Part shown: one piece after another, positions 50,740 to 62,570 of the stretch | How the letters are laid out: each line of letters opens with the position of its first letter | Position numbering within the stretch: the first letter of the stretch is position 1 | DNA from: Candidatus Multivorans sp. | Lineage (GTDB): Bacteria; Acidobacteriota; Thermoanaerobaculia; Multivoradales; Multivoraceae | Direction of reading: 5' to 3' | Length of the DNA stretch: 64,000 nucleotides | NCBI GenBank assembly: GCA_965247095.1 | Contig: OZ251997.1 | Span: forward strand, 96,001-160,000 | Translations under genes and position numbers: made by a program | The notes under the pieces: model-generated | The model's input: the letters and a program-made list of their open reading frames with translations, nothing else | Told to the model about the DNA's origin: nothing | Database searches by the model: none

Positions 50740-52203
50740 TCAGTCCGCCGCTGCCGCCGCAGGCGGGAACGCCTTCAGCACCTCCCGGGTCATGTCCCAG
50801 CGGTCGAAGCCCTGGCGGCCGTAGTCGAGGCCGCGGCGGACAATGACGAGGTGGTGGGAGGGGACGATGACGACGAACTGGCCGCGGTTGCCGGCGGTGG
50901 AGTAGGCGTCGTGGGGGACGTCGGTGCGTTCGTCGGGTACGAGCCAGAACTGGCCGCCGTAGAAGTTGCCGCGGTTGTGGGTGGCGGGGGCTGGGGTGCG
51001 GACGAAGTCGATCCACTCTTCGGAGATGAGGCGTTCGCCGTTCCAGAGGCCGTTCTGAAGGTAGAGGAGGCCGAATCGGGCGAGGTCGCGGGCGTTGGTG
51101 TAGACCTGACTGCTGAGGATGAAGTCGCCGAAGCGGTCGGTGCTGAGGAGGGTGTTCCTCATGCCGATGGGGTCGAGCAAGCGTCGGCGCGGGAACTCGT
51201 GGTACTTCTTCTCGCTGCCCAGGGCGCGCTTCATCGCGTAGACGGCGAGCAGGGTGTCGTAGTTCTCGTAGTCCCAGTTCGTGCCGGGCGCGCGGATGAG
51301 GGCGCGCTGGCGGGCGCCGTCGACGGAGCTGGCGCCGGCCCAGTAGGACATGCCGGAGCCGACGGCGTATTCGAGGCCGCCGTTGTCGACGGTTTGGAGG
51401 CCGCTCGACATGTTCAGGACGTGCCGGAGGGTGATCGCGGATCGCGGGTCGGCTGCGGGCGCGGCGGCTTCTGCCGGGAAATCTGGCAGGAAGTCGAAGC
51501 CGAGGGGAGCGTCCAGGGACAGTTTGCCGTCGTCGACGAGCATGCCGATGAGTGTTACGGCGATGCTCTTCGCCGTGGACCAGGTCCGCGTGCGGGTCGT
51601 CTTGTCGACGCCGTCCGCGTAGCGTTCGTGGACGATCCTGCCGCGATGGACGACGAGCAGGCTCAGGGTGACCTGTTCGGCGGATTCGCGGGCGAAGCTC
51701 CAGTCGGAGGCGGCTTGAAGTGCGGTTGCGTCGACGTCAGCAGGCAGCTTGGTCGGGCCGGTCAAATCGCCGTCGGGCCACGGGATCTCGGCCGCTACGC
51801 CGGGCGGCGGCGGCAGCTCGATGGCCGGCAGGTCGTCGATGTCGTCCAGGGTCTGATCCGGCGCGAGGACGACGCAGCCGATCCCCTCGCGGAAGGCGGC
51901 CCGCATCTTCGGCGCACCGTGGCCGGCGCCGATCGTCACCGCCTTGCGATCCCAGTCGACCTCGTAGTCGCCGCCAGCCGGGGTTCCGACCGGCTCCGGC
52001 AGGAACGCGAGCTCCTGTTCGAAGACCTGCGCGATCGACCGGTTCGAGGTGAACAGGCCGTTGCACATGAAGATCGCCTGCTGGCCCAGCCGGACCATCC
52101 GCCGCTGCGGTTGCCAGTAGTCGTACGTCTCCTCCCGCTGTGCATCGGCGGGGAGGGCGGTCAGCAGCGCGGACGCGACAAGTGCGAGGGACGAGGGCTT
52201 CAT
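50740..52203 (-). CDS. Secreted serine hydrolase (beta-lactamase class C / NylB-like)
   Basis: Signal peptide; WSTAKS (SxxK), LNMSSG, YEN, ARDLARFG and AGNRGQ motifs. Confidence 0.9.
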   Translation of the reverse strand: MKPSSLALVASALLTALPADAQREETYDYWQPQRRMVRLGQQAIFMCNGLFTSNRSIAQVFEQELAFLPEPVGTPAGGDYEVDWDRKAVTIGAGHGAPKMRAAFREGIGCVVLAPDQTLDDIDDLPAIELPPPPGVAAEIPWPDGDLTGPTKLPADVDATALQAASDWSFARESAEQVTLSLLVVHRGRIVHERYADGVDKTTRTRTWSTAKSIAVTLIGMLVDDGKLSLDAPLGFDFLPDFPAEAAAPAADPRSAITLRHVLNMSSGLQTVDNGGLEYAVGSGMSYWAGASSVDGARQRALIRAPGTNWDYENYDTLLAVYAMKRALGSEKKYHEFPRRRLLDPIGMRNTLLSTDRFGDFILSSQVYTNARDLARFGLLYLQNGLWNGERLISEEWIDFVRTPAPATHNRGNFYGGQFWLVPDERTDVPHDAYSTAGNRGQFVVIVPSHHLVIVRRGLDYGRQGFDRWDMTREVLKAFPPAAAAAD

Positions 52204-52284
52204 CGGTGGCGATCCTCCTTCCATCGCAAACTACCAGCCGCTCCGCTGCCCCGCTCGTTGTCTGTGGGGTCTAGAATCGACCGC

Positions 52285-53271
52285 ATGGCTGAACCGATCG
52301 CCAGACGAGCCGACCAGCTTCCCGACGACGGTGCGCCGCCGCAGGGCCACGAGTTCCCGGGTTGCCGCGCGGTGCCGATTCCGGACGAGGAACTCGACGA
52401 CTACGACGGCCGCATCGAGTACTGGGACGCGCGCAACCAGATTGCGATCGTGGCGGAGCCGGCCACCAGCTATCACGAGTACGGGGCGCAGCGCTTCGCC
52501 GCCTGCATGAAGATGATCGCCATGCGGCGCGGCTCGCCGATCGACGTGATCGGCGGTACGTGGCTCGTTGTGCGCGGAGAGAGCGGCGAACGGCTGAGAC
52601 TCCTGGCCGCGGACCAGGTCGCCTATCTGCATCCGGCTGAGACGCGGCCCAGCGGCCCGGAGATCGAACGCGGCGTGAATGCGCTGCCGGACGTGCTCCT
52701 GGAGGTCGACTACAGCACCGACGTGCGGCGCCGCAAGCTCGGCATCTATGAATCGTGGGGCTTCCCGGAGGTGTGGGTGGAAGTCCCGAACGCGAGCTGG
52801 CACTACCGGCCGAAGTCTCGCCGGTCCGCCCTCACGATCTACGTTCTGGAGGGGGAGCGCTACATCGAAACGCTGTCGAGCAGGGCTTTCCCGGGCTGGA
52901 CCGCGGAGGCGATTCACGCGGCCCTGAACGAGCACGAGGCTTCGCTTGAAACGGTGGACACGCTTCGCCGCGTGGCCGACACACTTGCCGCCGCGGAAGG
53001 CACCGGCCCCGACGACGATCCTCTTCTGCGCCGGGAGCGAGCGGAGGGCCGAGCGGAGGGCCGTGTCGAGGGCCGCGCAGAGGAGCGTCTGGAGATCGTT
53101 CGCGTCGCCGTGCCGGAGGCGCTCGCGGCTCGCGGTCTGGCGACGACGCCGGCCTTGCGCTCGTGGTTTGAGCAACTCGACCACGTCGCGGACCCCGCGC
53201 CGCTCATCCGGTTGGCGTGGGAGTGCCGGGACGCGGACGACTTCCTCAGCCGTGTCCGCGGTCCGGTCTGA
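52285..53271 (+). CDS. Uma2 family PD-(D/E)xK endonuclease-like protein with RAEG repeat tail
   Basis: GRIEYWD, HE, ADQ, PDVLLEVD and KLGIYESWGFPEVW motifs; RAEGRAEGRVEGRAE repeat at 53038-53082. Confidence 0.82.
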   Translation: MAEPIARRADQLPDDGAPPQGHEFPGCRAVPIPDEELDDYDGRIEYWDARNQIAIVAEPATSYHEYGAQRFAACMKMIAMRRGSPIDVIGGTWLVVRGESGERLRLLAADQVAYLHPAETRPSGPEIERGVNALPDVLLEVDYSTDVRRRKLGIYESWGFPEVWVEVPNASWHYRPKSRRSALTIYVLEGERYIETLSSRAFPGWTAEAIHAALNEHEASLETVDTLRRVADTLAAAEGTGPDDDPLLRRERAEGRAEGRVEGRAEERLEIVRVAVPEALAARGLATTPALRSWFEQLDHVADPAPLIRLAWECRDADDFLSRVRGPV

Positions 53272-54016
53272 GCCCCCGAGCACCCAGCCAGTACAGATTC
53301 TGCCGGTCGCCGGGTCCGTCGGCGCGGTAGCGGGCGTGTTCGGCGAGCGGCAGGCCCTCGACGAGATGGTCGAGCTCCCGCTCGTCGGTGTGGTGGCAGA
53401 AGCGGCGGGCGCCTGAGTCGCCCGGTCCCCAGCGCAGCAGGTGATCTCCGGGTTCGAGTTCAGCCGGGTCGACGCCTGCGTCCGGGCCCCAGTCGAGGCG
53501 GCGGCTTTCGAACCGGGCGTCGTCAGCGAACTGCCAGCAGGTGACGGCGAGCAGGCCACCGGGCGCCAGGGCCGCGGCGGCTCGTTCGAGGGCGCGGCGC
53601 CGGTTGTCGAAGCCAGGCAGGTGGTGGACGACGCCGAAGAGCGCCACGAGGTCGTAGCTCGCCTCGTCGAGCGGGCACGCCTCGATGTCGTCGACCTCAA
53701 AGCGGATGTGGTCGCAGCCGCCGGCCTCGGCTCGCGCGCGTTCGATCAGTTCAGGGCTGGAGTCGATACCGAAGTAGTCGAATGGCCGTTCGGAGCGGAG
53801 GTCGGGGTTGCGGTCGAGGAAGAGGGCGAAGCGGCCGTTGCCGCAGCCGAGGTCGAGGACGCGGAGGGGACGGCCCGTGGGCCGTGGCGCGGCCTCGACG
53901 ACGCGCTTCCACCCCGGCCAGCCGCCGGGGTGGCGGGTGCGGTCGAAGTCGGCGGCGTAGCGGCTGTAGAAGTCGCGGTTGATCTGCCGGAGGGCGGCTT
54001 GGGTTGAAGGGTCCAT
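53246..54016 (-). CDS. Class I SAM-dependent methyltransferase
   Basis: INRDFY...A.DF..TR, VLDLGCGNGR, VVHHLPG and LAPGG motifs. Confidence 0.88.
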   Translation of the reverse strand: MDPSTQAALRQINRDFYSRYAADFDRTRHPGGWPGWKRVVEAAPRPTGRPLRVLDLGCGNGRFALFLDRNPDLRSERPFDYFGIDSSPELIERARAEAGGCDHIRFEVDDIEACPLDEASYDLVALFGVVHHLPGFDNRRRALERAAAALAPGGLLAVTCWQFADDARFESRRLDWGPDAGVDPAELEPGDHLLRWGPGDSGARRFCHHTDERELDHLVEGLPLAEHARYRADGPGDRQNLYWLGARGLRPDRGHG

Positions 54017-54151
54017 GGTGCAGGCGAGTATGGCCGGTGCTTTGCACCGGAGGCGGGCGAGACGCCCGCGTGCCATCCGTGCGCCCGCTGACGCGCGCAC
54101 GGAGTGGTTCGCGTGTGGCGCGGGTCGCGCCACACGGGTTCCCAGGTCTGG

Positions 54152-54991
54152 CTACACAGTGCCCAGGCTGAGACCGCCGTCGACGGCGAGCAGCGCGCCG
54201 GTGATCCAGTCGTTTGCCGGATCGCACAGGAACACGACCGCGCGCGCGACATCGTCGGGTTCGCCGACCCGGCCGAGCGGCACCTGGTCGCCGAAGCTGT
54301 CGAGGAAACCAGCGGCTTCCGCGGGTTGCATGACCGTCTCGAAGATCGGTGTGCGGACGACGCCGGGCAGCACGGCGTTGACGCGAATCCGGTCGCCGGC
54401 GAGTTCCGCCGCGAGGCTGCGGGTCAACGCGTCGACGCCGGCCTTGGCGGCGGAGTAGACGGAGCAGTTGGCGAGTGGCGACTGGGTGACGGAGGACGAG
54501 ATGTTGACGATCGACGCTCCGCCCGTGCCTGCCTTGGCCCGGAGGTGCGGAATGGCGGCGCGGATAGCGAACAGCACGCCCTTCAGATCGATGTCGATCA
54601 CCAGGTCGACCGGGTCTGGCTCGCCGGCCGCTCCGGGCTCGGCCGCGCCGGCGCTGTCCGCCGCCAGCGGCCCGGTGCGATAGACGCCGGCGCAGTTGAC
54701 CAGGATGTCGAGCCTACCGAGTTCTCGAACCGCTTCGTCCACCATCTCCCGCGCGCTGGCCGCACCGGCGACGTCGCCGGCGACGGCCACACAGGCCAGC
54801 CCCTGTTCCCTCAACTCCCCGGCAGCCCCTTCGACCGCTTCTCGTCGCCGGCCGCTGAGCGCAACCCGGCAACCGCCCGAAGCGAGCGTGCGGGCCACGG
54901 CCAGTCCGATGCCGCTGCCGCCGCCGGTGACCAGGGCCGAGCGGCCCTCAAAGCGCCCCGCCGGCGCCGCTTCCGCCACCATCGTCGTCAC
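54152..54991 (-). CDS. SDR family oxidoreductase
   Basis: TGGGSGIG, NCAG, NISS, YSAAK and VDGG motifs. Confidence 0.92.
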   Translation of the reverse strand: MTTMVAEAAPAGRFEGRSALVTGGGSGIGLAVARTLASGGCRVALSGRRREAVEGAAGELREQGLACVAVAGDVAGAASAREMVDEAVRELGRLDILVNCAGVYRTGPLAADSAGAAEPGAAGEPDPVDLVIDIDLKGVLFAIRAAIPHLRAKAGTGGASIVNISSSVTQSPLANCSVYSAAKAGVDALTRSLAAELAGDRIRVNAVLPGVVRTPIFETVMQPAEAAGFLDSFGDQVPLGRVGEPDDVARAVVFLCDPANDWITGALLAVDGGLSLGTV

Positions 54992-55135
54992 CCGACCTCA
55001 GGCGTGCGAGCGCTTCGCGCGGCCGTAGTAGGTTCCCGCCATGGTGGCGACAATAGCTCCGAAACGCTTCAGGCGCGTCCTGGCTCAGCGTGGATCGCAG
55101 GTTCGCATGGCTGCCGGCCGCGGAGAACGCCGGCG

Positions 55136-56982
55136 ATGAGCAACGGTGGCAGCGGCTATCCGTTCGACCCCGCGGAGCATGCCGCCGAACTCGAGGCGAT
55201 CTTCGGCGCCATCGAGCGGGCCTCGAGCTTCGAGAAGGAGGACCTGGAGCACCTGCTGCGGCGCTATCCGAAGGATGGCAAGGGCTTCTTCTCGAAGGCC
55301 GAGCTGATTCGCGGTTACCGGGCGCTTCGTTCCGGCTCGGTCCGGGAGCAGACGTTCGTCGAGCGGGTGCGGATGAAGCCTGTGCGCACGAGGAGCGGCG
55401 TGGCGCCGGTCACGGTGCTGACGAAGCCGTTCGCCTGTCCCGGGCGCTGCATCTTCTGCCCCAGCGACGTGCGGATGCCGAAGAGCTACATCTCTTCGGA
55501 ACCGGGAGCGCAGCGGGCCGCGGAGCATCAGTTCGACCCCTACCGGCAGACCCTGTCCCGGCTGCGTTCCTTCGACCATACGGGCCACCCGGTCGACAAG
55601 GTCGAGCTGATCGTGCTCGGCGGCACCTGGTCGAGCTATCCGGAGAGCTACCAGATCTGGTTCGTTCTGCGCTGCTTCGAGGCAATGAACCGGTTCTCGG
55701 AGATCGCCAGGCGTACAGGCGGGGATCCGCTCGTCGGATTCGAACCGGAGGTCGACTTCCGCGACCTCGAGGAGACGGTCGACGGCGAGACGCTCGACAC
55801 CCGTGGCGAGGGCGCGGGCCCAAACGCGAGCCGGAGTCGTAGCTACAACCAGGTCGTGAGCGACTGGACTTCGACGCACCCCCGGGCGGCCGCCCAGGCG
55901 CGGCGGCAGACCGCGAGCTGGGCTGAACTCGAGGCGGCGCAGTGCGAGAACGAGACGGCCGCCGTCCGCTGCGTCGGCCTGTCGCTCGAGACACGTCCCG
56001 ATCGGCTGGATCGGGGTGAAGCCCTCCGCATGCGTCGCCTGGGAGCGACGAAGGTGCAGATCGGCATCCAGACCATGAACGACGAGGTGCTCGCGAAGAA
56101 CCGGCGCGGCCATGACGCGGCGATGACCAAGCGTGCCATCCGGTTGCTGCGCGGCGCGGGGTTCAAGATCCAGGCGCACTGGATGCCGAACCTCTACGGC
56201 TCGACGGCGGCGGCCGACTGCGAGGACTTCGACCGCCTGTTCGAGGACCCGGACGTACGCCCGGACGAGCTGAAGGTCTACCCGTGTTCCCTGATCGAAA
56301 GCGCGGAGCTGATGTCCTACTACCTTTGTGGCGCATGGCGCCCGTACACCCGAAGTGAGCTGCTCGACGTGCTCGTACACAGCCTGGGCGCCACGCCTCG
56401 GTACTGCCGGTTGACGCGGGTGATTCGCGACATTCCCGGCACGGAGATCGTGACCGGCAACCGGACGACGAACCTGCGTCAGTTCGCGGAACAGGAGGCC
56501 GAACGCCGCGGCGTCGTCTGCCGAGACATCCGCGCCCGGGAGATCGGGGGCCGGCGGGTCGATCCGGGCCGCCTCCGCATGCGGCGCACGGACTACGAAG
56601 CGGCTTCGGGCCGGGAGACGTTCATCGAGGTCGTGGACGCGGAGGACCGGATCGCCGGGTTTCTCAGGCTGCGCGTACCGGCGGCGTCCGGGTCGGCTGA
56701 GGGGCCGGTCGCGGAGATGACAGGCAAGGCGATCATTCGTGAAGTCCACGTCTACGGCGCGGTGGTCGGTCTCGGCGAGCGCGGCAAGGGCCGGTCGCAG
56801 CACATCGGACTTGGCCGCCGCCTGATCGCCGAGGCGCTCGAGGTCGCGGCCGAAGCCGGGTTCGAGCACGTCGCGGTCATCTCTTCGGTCGGTACCCGCG
56901 AGTACTACCGGCGGCTCGGTTTCGTGGACGGCGAGTTGTACCAGCACCGGCCGACGGCGCCGCCGCTCGTGGAGGCCTCGCC

Positions 56983-56986
<4 letters not shown>
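55136..56986 (+). CDS. elp3: Elp3-type radical SAM / GNAT tRNA uridine(34) acetyltransferase
   Basis: RTRSGVAPV, CPGRCIFCP, MPKSY...EP, KVELIVLGGT, ETRPD, RGH, RVIRDIP, IREVHVYG and QHIGLG..ISSVGTREYY motifs. Confidence 0.92.
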
Positions 56987-58401
<1,415 letters not shown>

Positions 58402-58428
58402 ATCGCCGTTTCTCGTTCATAATCCGGC

Positions 58429-60522
58429 ATGGCCGCTTCGGGCGCTGGAGGCGTTGTGCGTCACTTCGACGACCTGTACGAACACGGGTTCGCGCGCGTC
58501 GCCGTGTGCCTGCCGCGGGTCGAGATCGCCGATCCGGCGGTGAATCTGGAACGCACGCTCGAGCTGGCGCGGCGCGCCGACGAGGCCGGAGCGGCGGCGG
58601 CCGTCTTCCCCGAACTCAACCTGAGCGGCTACTCGCTGGACGACCTGTTCCACCAGTCGGCGGTGCTCGAGGGTTCGCGAGACGCCTTGGTCGAACTGGC
58701 TGCTGCCACGAGCAAGATGCGGACGGTGCTGATCGTCGGCCTGCCGCTGGTGGCCGACGGCGCGGTGTTCAACGTGGCGGCGATCGTCCATGGCGGCCGG
58801 GTTGCCGGCATCGTGCCGAAGACCTATCTGCCGAACTACCGCGAGTACTACGAGAAGCGTTACTTCGCCGCCGCCGAGTCGCGGCGGTCAGAGTTCGTGT
58901 CCCTGGGCGGCGCGGCGGTTCCCTTTGGCGAGGACCTGCTGTTCGACCTGGGGCCCGATCCGGCGTTTCGATTCCACGTCGAGATCTGCGAGGACCTGTG
59001 GTCGCCGCTGCCGCCGAGTACGCACGGCGCGCTGGCCGGCGCCTCGGTGCTGTTCAACCTGTCGGCGAGCAACGTGACGATCGGCAAGGCCGATTACCGT
59101 CGCTTGCTGTGCGCGTCGCAGTCGGGACGGTCGGTGGCGGCTTACGTCTACGCCGGGGCCGGCGCGGGCGAATCGACCACCGACCTGGCCTGGGACAGCC
59201 ACGGTCTGATCTACGAGAACGGCGAAAGGCTGGCGGAGTCCGTGCGCTTCAGCCAGGAGGCCCAGATCGTCACCGCCGACCTCGACCTGGAGCGGCTGGC
59301 GCAGGAGCGACTCCGTATGTCGACGTTCCGGGACGCAGCGCGCCGGGAGTCGGCCGCCGGCCGGTTCCGGCGGGTCGCCGTCGCGGTCGAGCGTCCGGTG
59401 GCCGCGGTCGCGCTCGAGCGGGAGGTCCCCCGCTTTCCGTACGTGCCCGCGGACAGCGGCGAGCGGGACGAGCGCTGCGCCGAGGCGTTCGACATCCAGG
59501 TCGCGGGCCTGGTTCAAAGACTAGGCGCCACCGGCATCGAGAAGGTCGTGATCGGCGTCTCGGGTGGGCTCGATTCGAGCCACGCGCTGATCGTCTGCGT
59601 GCGGGCCTTTTCGCGCCTCGGCCTGCCGCCGTCGAACATCCTCGCCTACACGCTGCCCGGCTTCGGCACCTCAGCGCGCACGTACGAGAACGCGAGGCGG
59701 CTCATGGCGGCGCTGGGTGTGACCGCGTCGGAGATCGATATCCGGCCGGCCAGCGAACGGATGCTGCAGTCGATCGACCATCCTTACGGCCGCGGCGAGC
59801 GCGGCCCGGAGGTCTACGACGCGACGTTCGAGAACGTGCAGGCCGGCGAGCGCACGTCGCACCTGTTCCGGCTGGCGAACCACCACCGCGGCCTGGTCAT
59901 CGGCACCGGCGATCTCTCGGAGCTGGCGCTCGGCTGGTGCACGTACGGCGTCGGCGATCAGATGGCGCACTACAGCGTCAACTCGTCGGTGCCGAAGACG
60001 CTGATTCAGCACCTGATCCGCTGGGAAGTCGGGCGCGGCGAGTTCGGCGCCGAGGCCAGCGAGACGCTGCAGTCGATCGTCGATACCGAGATCTCTCCCG
60101 AACTCGTGCCGGCCGTGGAAGGGCAGGCGGCGGGCAACGGGGAGCCAGCGCAATCGACCGAGGCGGTGATCGGTCCGTTCGAGCTGCAGGACTTCCACCT
60201 CTACTACCTGAGCCGGTACGGCTACCTCCCGAGCCGCGTCGCCTACCTGGCGCACCAGGCCTGGGGTGACCGCGCCCGGGGCGCTTGGCTCGACACGATG
60301 CCCGAGTCCGACCGCCGGGAGTACTCCCTGGCCGAGATCAAGCACTGGCTGGAGGTGTTCCTGGTCCGCTTCTTCGGCACCAGCCAGTTCAAGCGCTCGG
60401 CGATGCCCAACGGGCCCAAGGTGGGGTCCGGCGGTTCGCTGTCGCCGCGAAGCGACTGGCGCGCGCCGTCGGACGGCGGCCCCGCGGTGTGGGTGGAGGA
60501 GCTGCGGCGCAACGTGCCTTGA
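58429..60522 (+). CDS. nadE: Glutamine-dependent NAD+ synthetase
   Basis: Glutaminase domain ([21 protein letters not shown]); synthetase domain (SGGLDS, ENVQA, GTGDLSE, SQFKRS). Confidence 0.97.
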   Translation: MAASGAGGVVRHFDDLYEHGFARVAVCLPRVEIADPAVNLERTLELARRADEAGAAAAVFPELNLSGYSLDDLFHQSAVLEGSRDALVELAAATSKMRTVLIVGLPLVADGAVFNVAAIVHGGRVAGIVPKTYLPNYREYYEKRYFAAAESRRSEFVSLGGAAVPFGEDLLFDLGPDPAFRFHVEICEDLWSPLPPSTHGALAGASVLFNLSASNVTIGKADYRRLLCASQSGRSVAAYVYAGAGAGESTTDLAWDSHGLIYENGERLAESVRFSQEAQIVTADLDLERLAQERLRMSTFRDAARRESAAGRFRRVAVAVERPVAAVALEREVPRFPYVPADSGERDERCAEAFDIQVAGLVQRLGATGIEKVVIGVSGGLDSSHALIVCVRAFSRLGLPPSNILAYTLPGFGTSARTYENARRLMAALGVTASEIDIRPASERMLQSIDHPYGRGERGPEVYDATFENVQAGERTSHLFRLANHHRGLVIGTGDLSELALGWCTYGVGDQMAHYSVNSSVPKTLIQHLIRWEVGRGEFGAEASETLQSIVDTEISPELVPAVEGQAAGNGEPAQSTEAVIGPFELQDFHLYYLSRYGYLPSRVAYLAHQAWGDRARGAWLDTMPESDRREYSLAEIKHWLEVFLVRFFGTSQFKRSAMPNGPKVGSGGSLSPRSDWRAPSDGGPAVWVEELRRNVP

Positions 60523-60543
60523 GCGGTCGGTGCGCCGGGGCCC

Positions 60544-61596
60544 TCAGCCCCAGTCCGCGGCGTCGTCCTCGGAACTCGCAATGTGGACCCCGGCGGCCTG
60601 GTAGCGGCTGAGGGCTGCTTCGAACTCGTCGGTGAAGTCGGCGACGAACTCGCCCGGGTGGTCCGGGTCGGGCACCGCGACGGCGGACATGCAGTCGGCG
60701 AGCAGATGCAGCCGGCCGGCGGGGACGCCGTGAGAGTCCATCTCGGCCAGTAGCTCGTCGACGGTGCTGCGCACGCAATGGCTGCCGGCCTGGCCGGCGA
60801 GGATCACCGCGTCGGCGGCCAACAGGCGATCGAGCAGCGCCGTGTTGCACTTGCCGAGGGGCCGGCCGTCGTGGCCGGTGAGCACCTCGGGCGACAGCAC
60901 GGAGTAGTTCTCGGTCAACGAGTCGGATCCCTTGACCTCCATCGGCGCCTGCGCCCGTCGGGCGTAGGCGAAGAACAGGCGCGCTTCCTGGACTGTTCCG
61001 ACGACGGTCTGGCCCTGGCTGCCCAGCAGACAGTGCGGCGGCCACAGGTAGAGCCGGTAGCGCCCGGTCTCCTCCAGTCTCCGGCAGTAGTCCTCGGCTT
61101 GGCGGCGCAGCCATTCAGGGGTGCCGTCTCCGAACCAGCCGGCGAGGTCGGGGTTGGGAACCGCGCTGCCGGCGGCGACCTGTTCCGCAGTCACTTCGCG
61201 GTAGGGATCGAGTGGGCGGCCCGCGGCGTCAGTCCAGAACGATGAGAAGAAGATCTGGTGGGGCAGGTGCGCGTCGAGGCTGCTGACGATGTCGGTCAGG
61301 TTGCCGAGATTGCGGTAGATGAAGCGCACCAGCCGCTCCGTGTCCTCGAGCGCGCCGCGGCCGGAACGGCCACCGACGAAGAGCGTGCCCTCGGGGAGGC
61401 AGAAGTCGCGCTGCTCGTCGACCAGCAGCAGCAGACGGCGGGCCTCGTCCGAGGCTGCCGGAGGGAGGTCGTGACGCCGGCGCCAGTCCGCGGCGGCGGC
61501 GGCGACCCGGTTGGGATCGGGGTCGTGGAACCAGGCGCCGCTCCGCTCCCGGGCGGCGCTTTCGTGGAAGCTCCCCGGCAGCGGCAGGAGGGTCAT
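60544..61596 (-). CDS. Nicotinamidase-like cysteine hydrolase (long form)
   Basis: LVDEQRDF, LDAH, WPPHC, KG and GQAGSHCV give the Asp-Lys-Cys triad and metal ligands; start uncertain (61596 or 61647). Confidence 0.8.
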   Translation of the reverse strand: MTLLPLPGSFHESAARERSGAWFHDPDPNRVAAAAADWRRRHDLPPAASDEARRLLLLVDEQRDFCLPEGTLFVGGRSGRGALEDTERLVRFIYRNLGNLTDIVSSLDAHLPHQIFFSSFWTDAAGRPLDPYREVTAEQVAAGSAVPNPDLAGWFGDGTPEWLRRQAEDYCRRLEETGRYRLYLWPPHCLLGSQGQTVVGTVQEARLFFAYARRAQAPMEVKGSDSLTENYSVLSPEVLTGHDGRPLGKCNTALLDRLLAADAVILAGQAGSHCVRSTVDELLAEMDSHGVPAGRLHLLADCMSAVAVPDPDHPGEFVADFTDEFEAALSRYQAAGVHIASSEDDAADWG

Positions 61597-61747
61597 CGTG
61601 GGTGGACGCTGCCAGCGCCCGCGAGCGCTGTCAAGAACCCCAGGCAAGCGATCTCAGGAGGGCTGGCGCGCCCCCGCCTGCTACTCTCGCCGCCTTCCAT
61701 GAAACGGCCGTGAAGCGGCCCGCAGGCAGACAAACAGGAGTAGGCAA

Positions 61748-62539
61748 GTGAGCTACGAGTTTCTCGAGGTTTCGAAGGACGGTCACGTCTGGACGGTGAC
61801 GATCAACCGTCCCGAGCGCATGAACGCGATCCACCCGCCGACGAGCCAGGAGCTCGACGCGGTGTTCAACGACTTCGCCGCCGATGACGACGCCTGGGTG
61901 GCGATCCTCACCGGCGCCGGCGACCGCGCGTTCTCCGCCGGCAACGACCTGAAGTACCAGGCCGAGCACGGCAGCAAGGTCGTGCGGGCCGGCATGAAGG
62001 GCGTGCGGGGCGGCTTCGGCGGCATCACGGCGCGCTTCGACCTGCACAAGCCGATGATCGCGGCGGTCAACGGCTTCGCCCTCGGCGGCGGCTTCGAGCT
62101 CGTGCTTGCGTGCGACATCATCATCGCCTCCGAGAAGGCGACCTTCGGGCTGCCCGAGCCCCGCGTCGGGCTGATGGCCGGCGCCCTGGGCGTTCACCGG
62201 TTGCCGCGGCAGATCCCGTACCACCAGGCGATGGGCATGCTCCTCACCGGGCGGCACATCACGCCGCAGGAGGCGAAGGAACTCGGGATCGTGAACGAGG
62301 TCTGTGCTCACGACGAGCTGCTCGACTGCGCCCGGGCGTGGGCGGCGCAGATCCTGGAGTGCGCGCCGCTGTCCGTGCGGGCGAGCAAGGAGGCGGCGAA
62401 CAAGGGGCTCGGCATGGCGCTGGAGCAGGCCGCCGGTTCAATTTTTCAGTGGACCGCCGCGATGAACACATCCGAGGACTTGGTCGAAGGTCCGAGGGCG
62501 TTCGCCGAGAAGCGGCCGCCGAACTGGAAGGGCCGGTAG
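61748..62539 (+). CDS. Enoyl-CoA hydratase/isomerase (crotonase, CaiD-like)
   Basis: INRPERMNA, FSAGNDL, GGGFEL.LACD, LPE and EG.RAFAEKR motifs; AGGAG RBS. Confidence 0.93.
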   Translation: MSYEFLEVSKDGHVWTVTINRPERMNAIHPPTSQELDAVFNDFAADDDAWVAILTGAGDRAFSAGNDLKYQAEHGSKVVRAGMKGVRGGFGGITARFDLHKPMIAAVNGFALGGGFELVLACDIIIASEKATFGLPEPRVGLMAGALGVHRLPRQIPYHQAMGMLLTGRHITPQEAKELGIVNEVCAHDELLDCARAWAAQILECAPLSVRASKEAANKGLGMALEQAAGSIFQWTAAMNTSEDLVEGPRAFAEKRPPNWKGR

Positions 62540-62570
62540 GCGCTAGGGCCGAATCGCCAGGAGGCCGGGG

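Noticed and set aside
50790-51320. Strong G/T skew tract (and C-rich 46100-46650)
   Set aside because: Explained by C-ending codon preference on the coding strand
50851-52284. N-terminal ~480 aa of the 806-aa ORF
   Set aside because: Antisense to the serine hydrolase; the real Uma2 gene starts at ATG 52285
54104-55135. N-terminal extension of the 960-aa Elp3 ORF
   Set aside because: Antisense to the SDR gene; Elp3 plausibly starts at 55136 after GGAG
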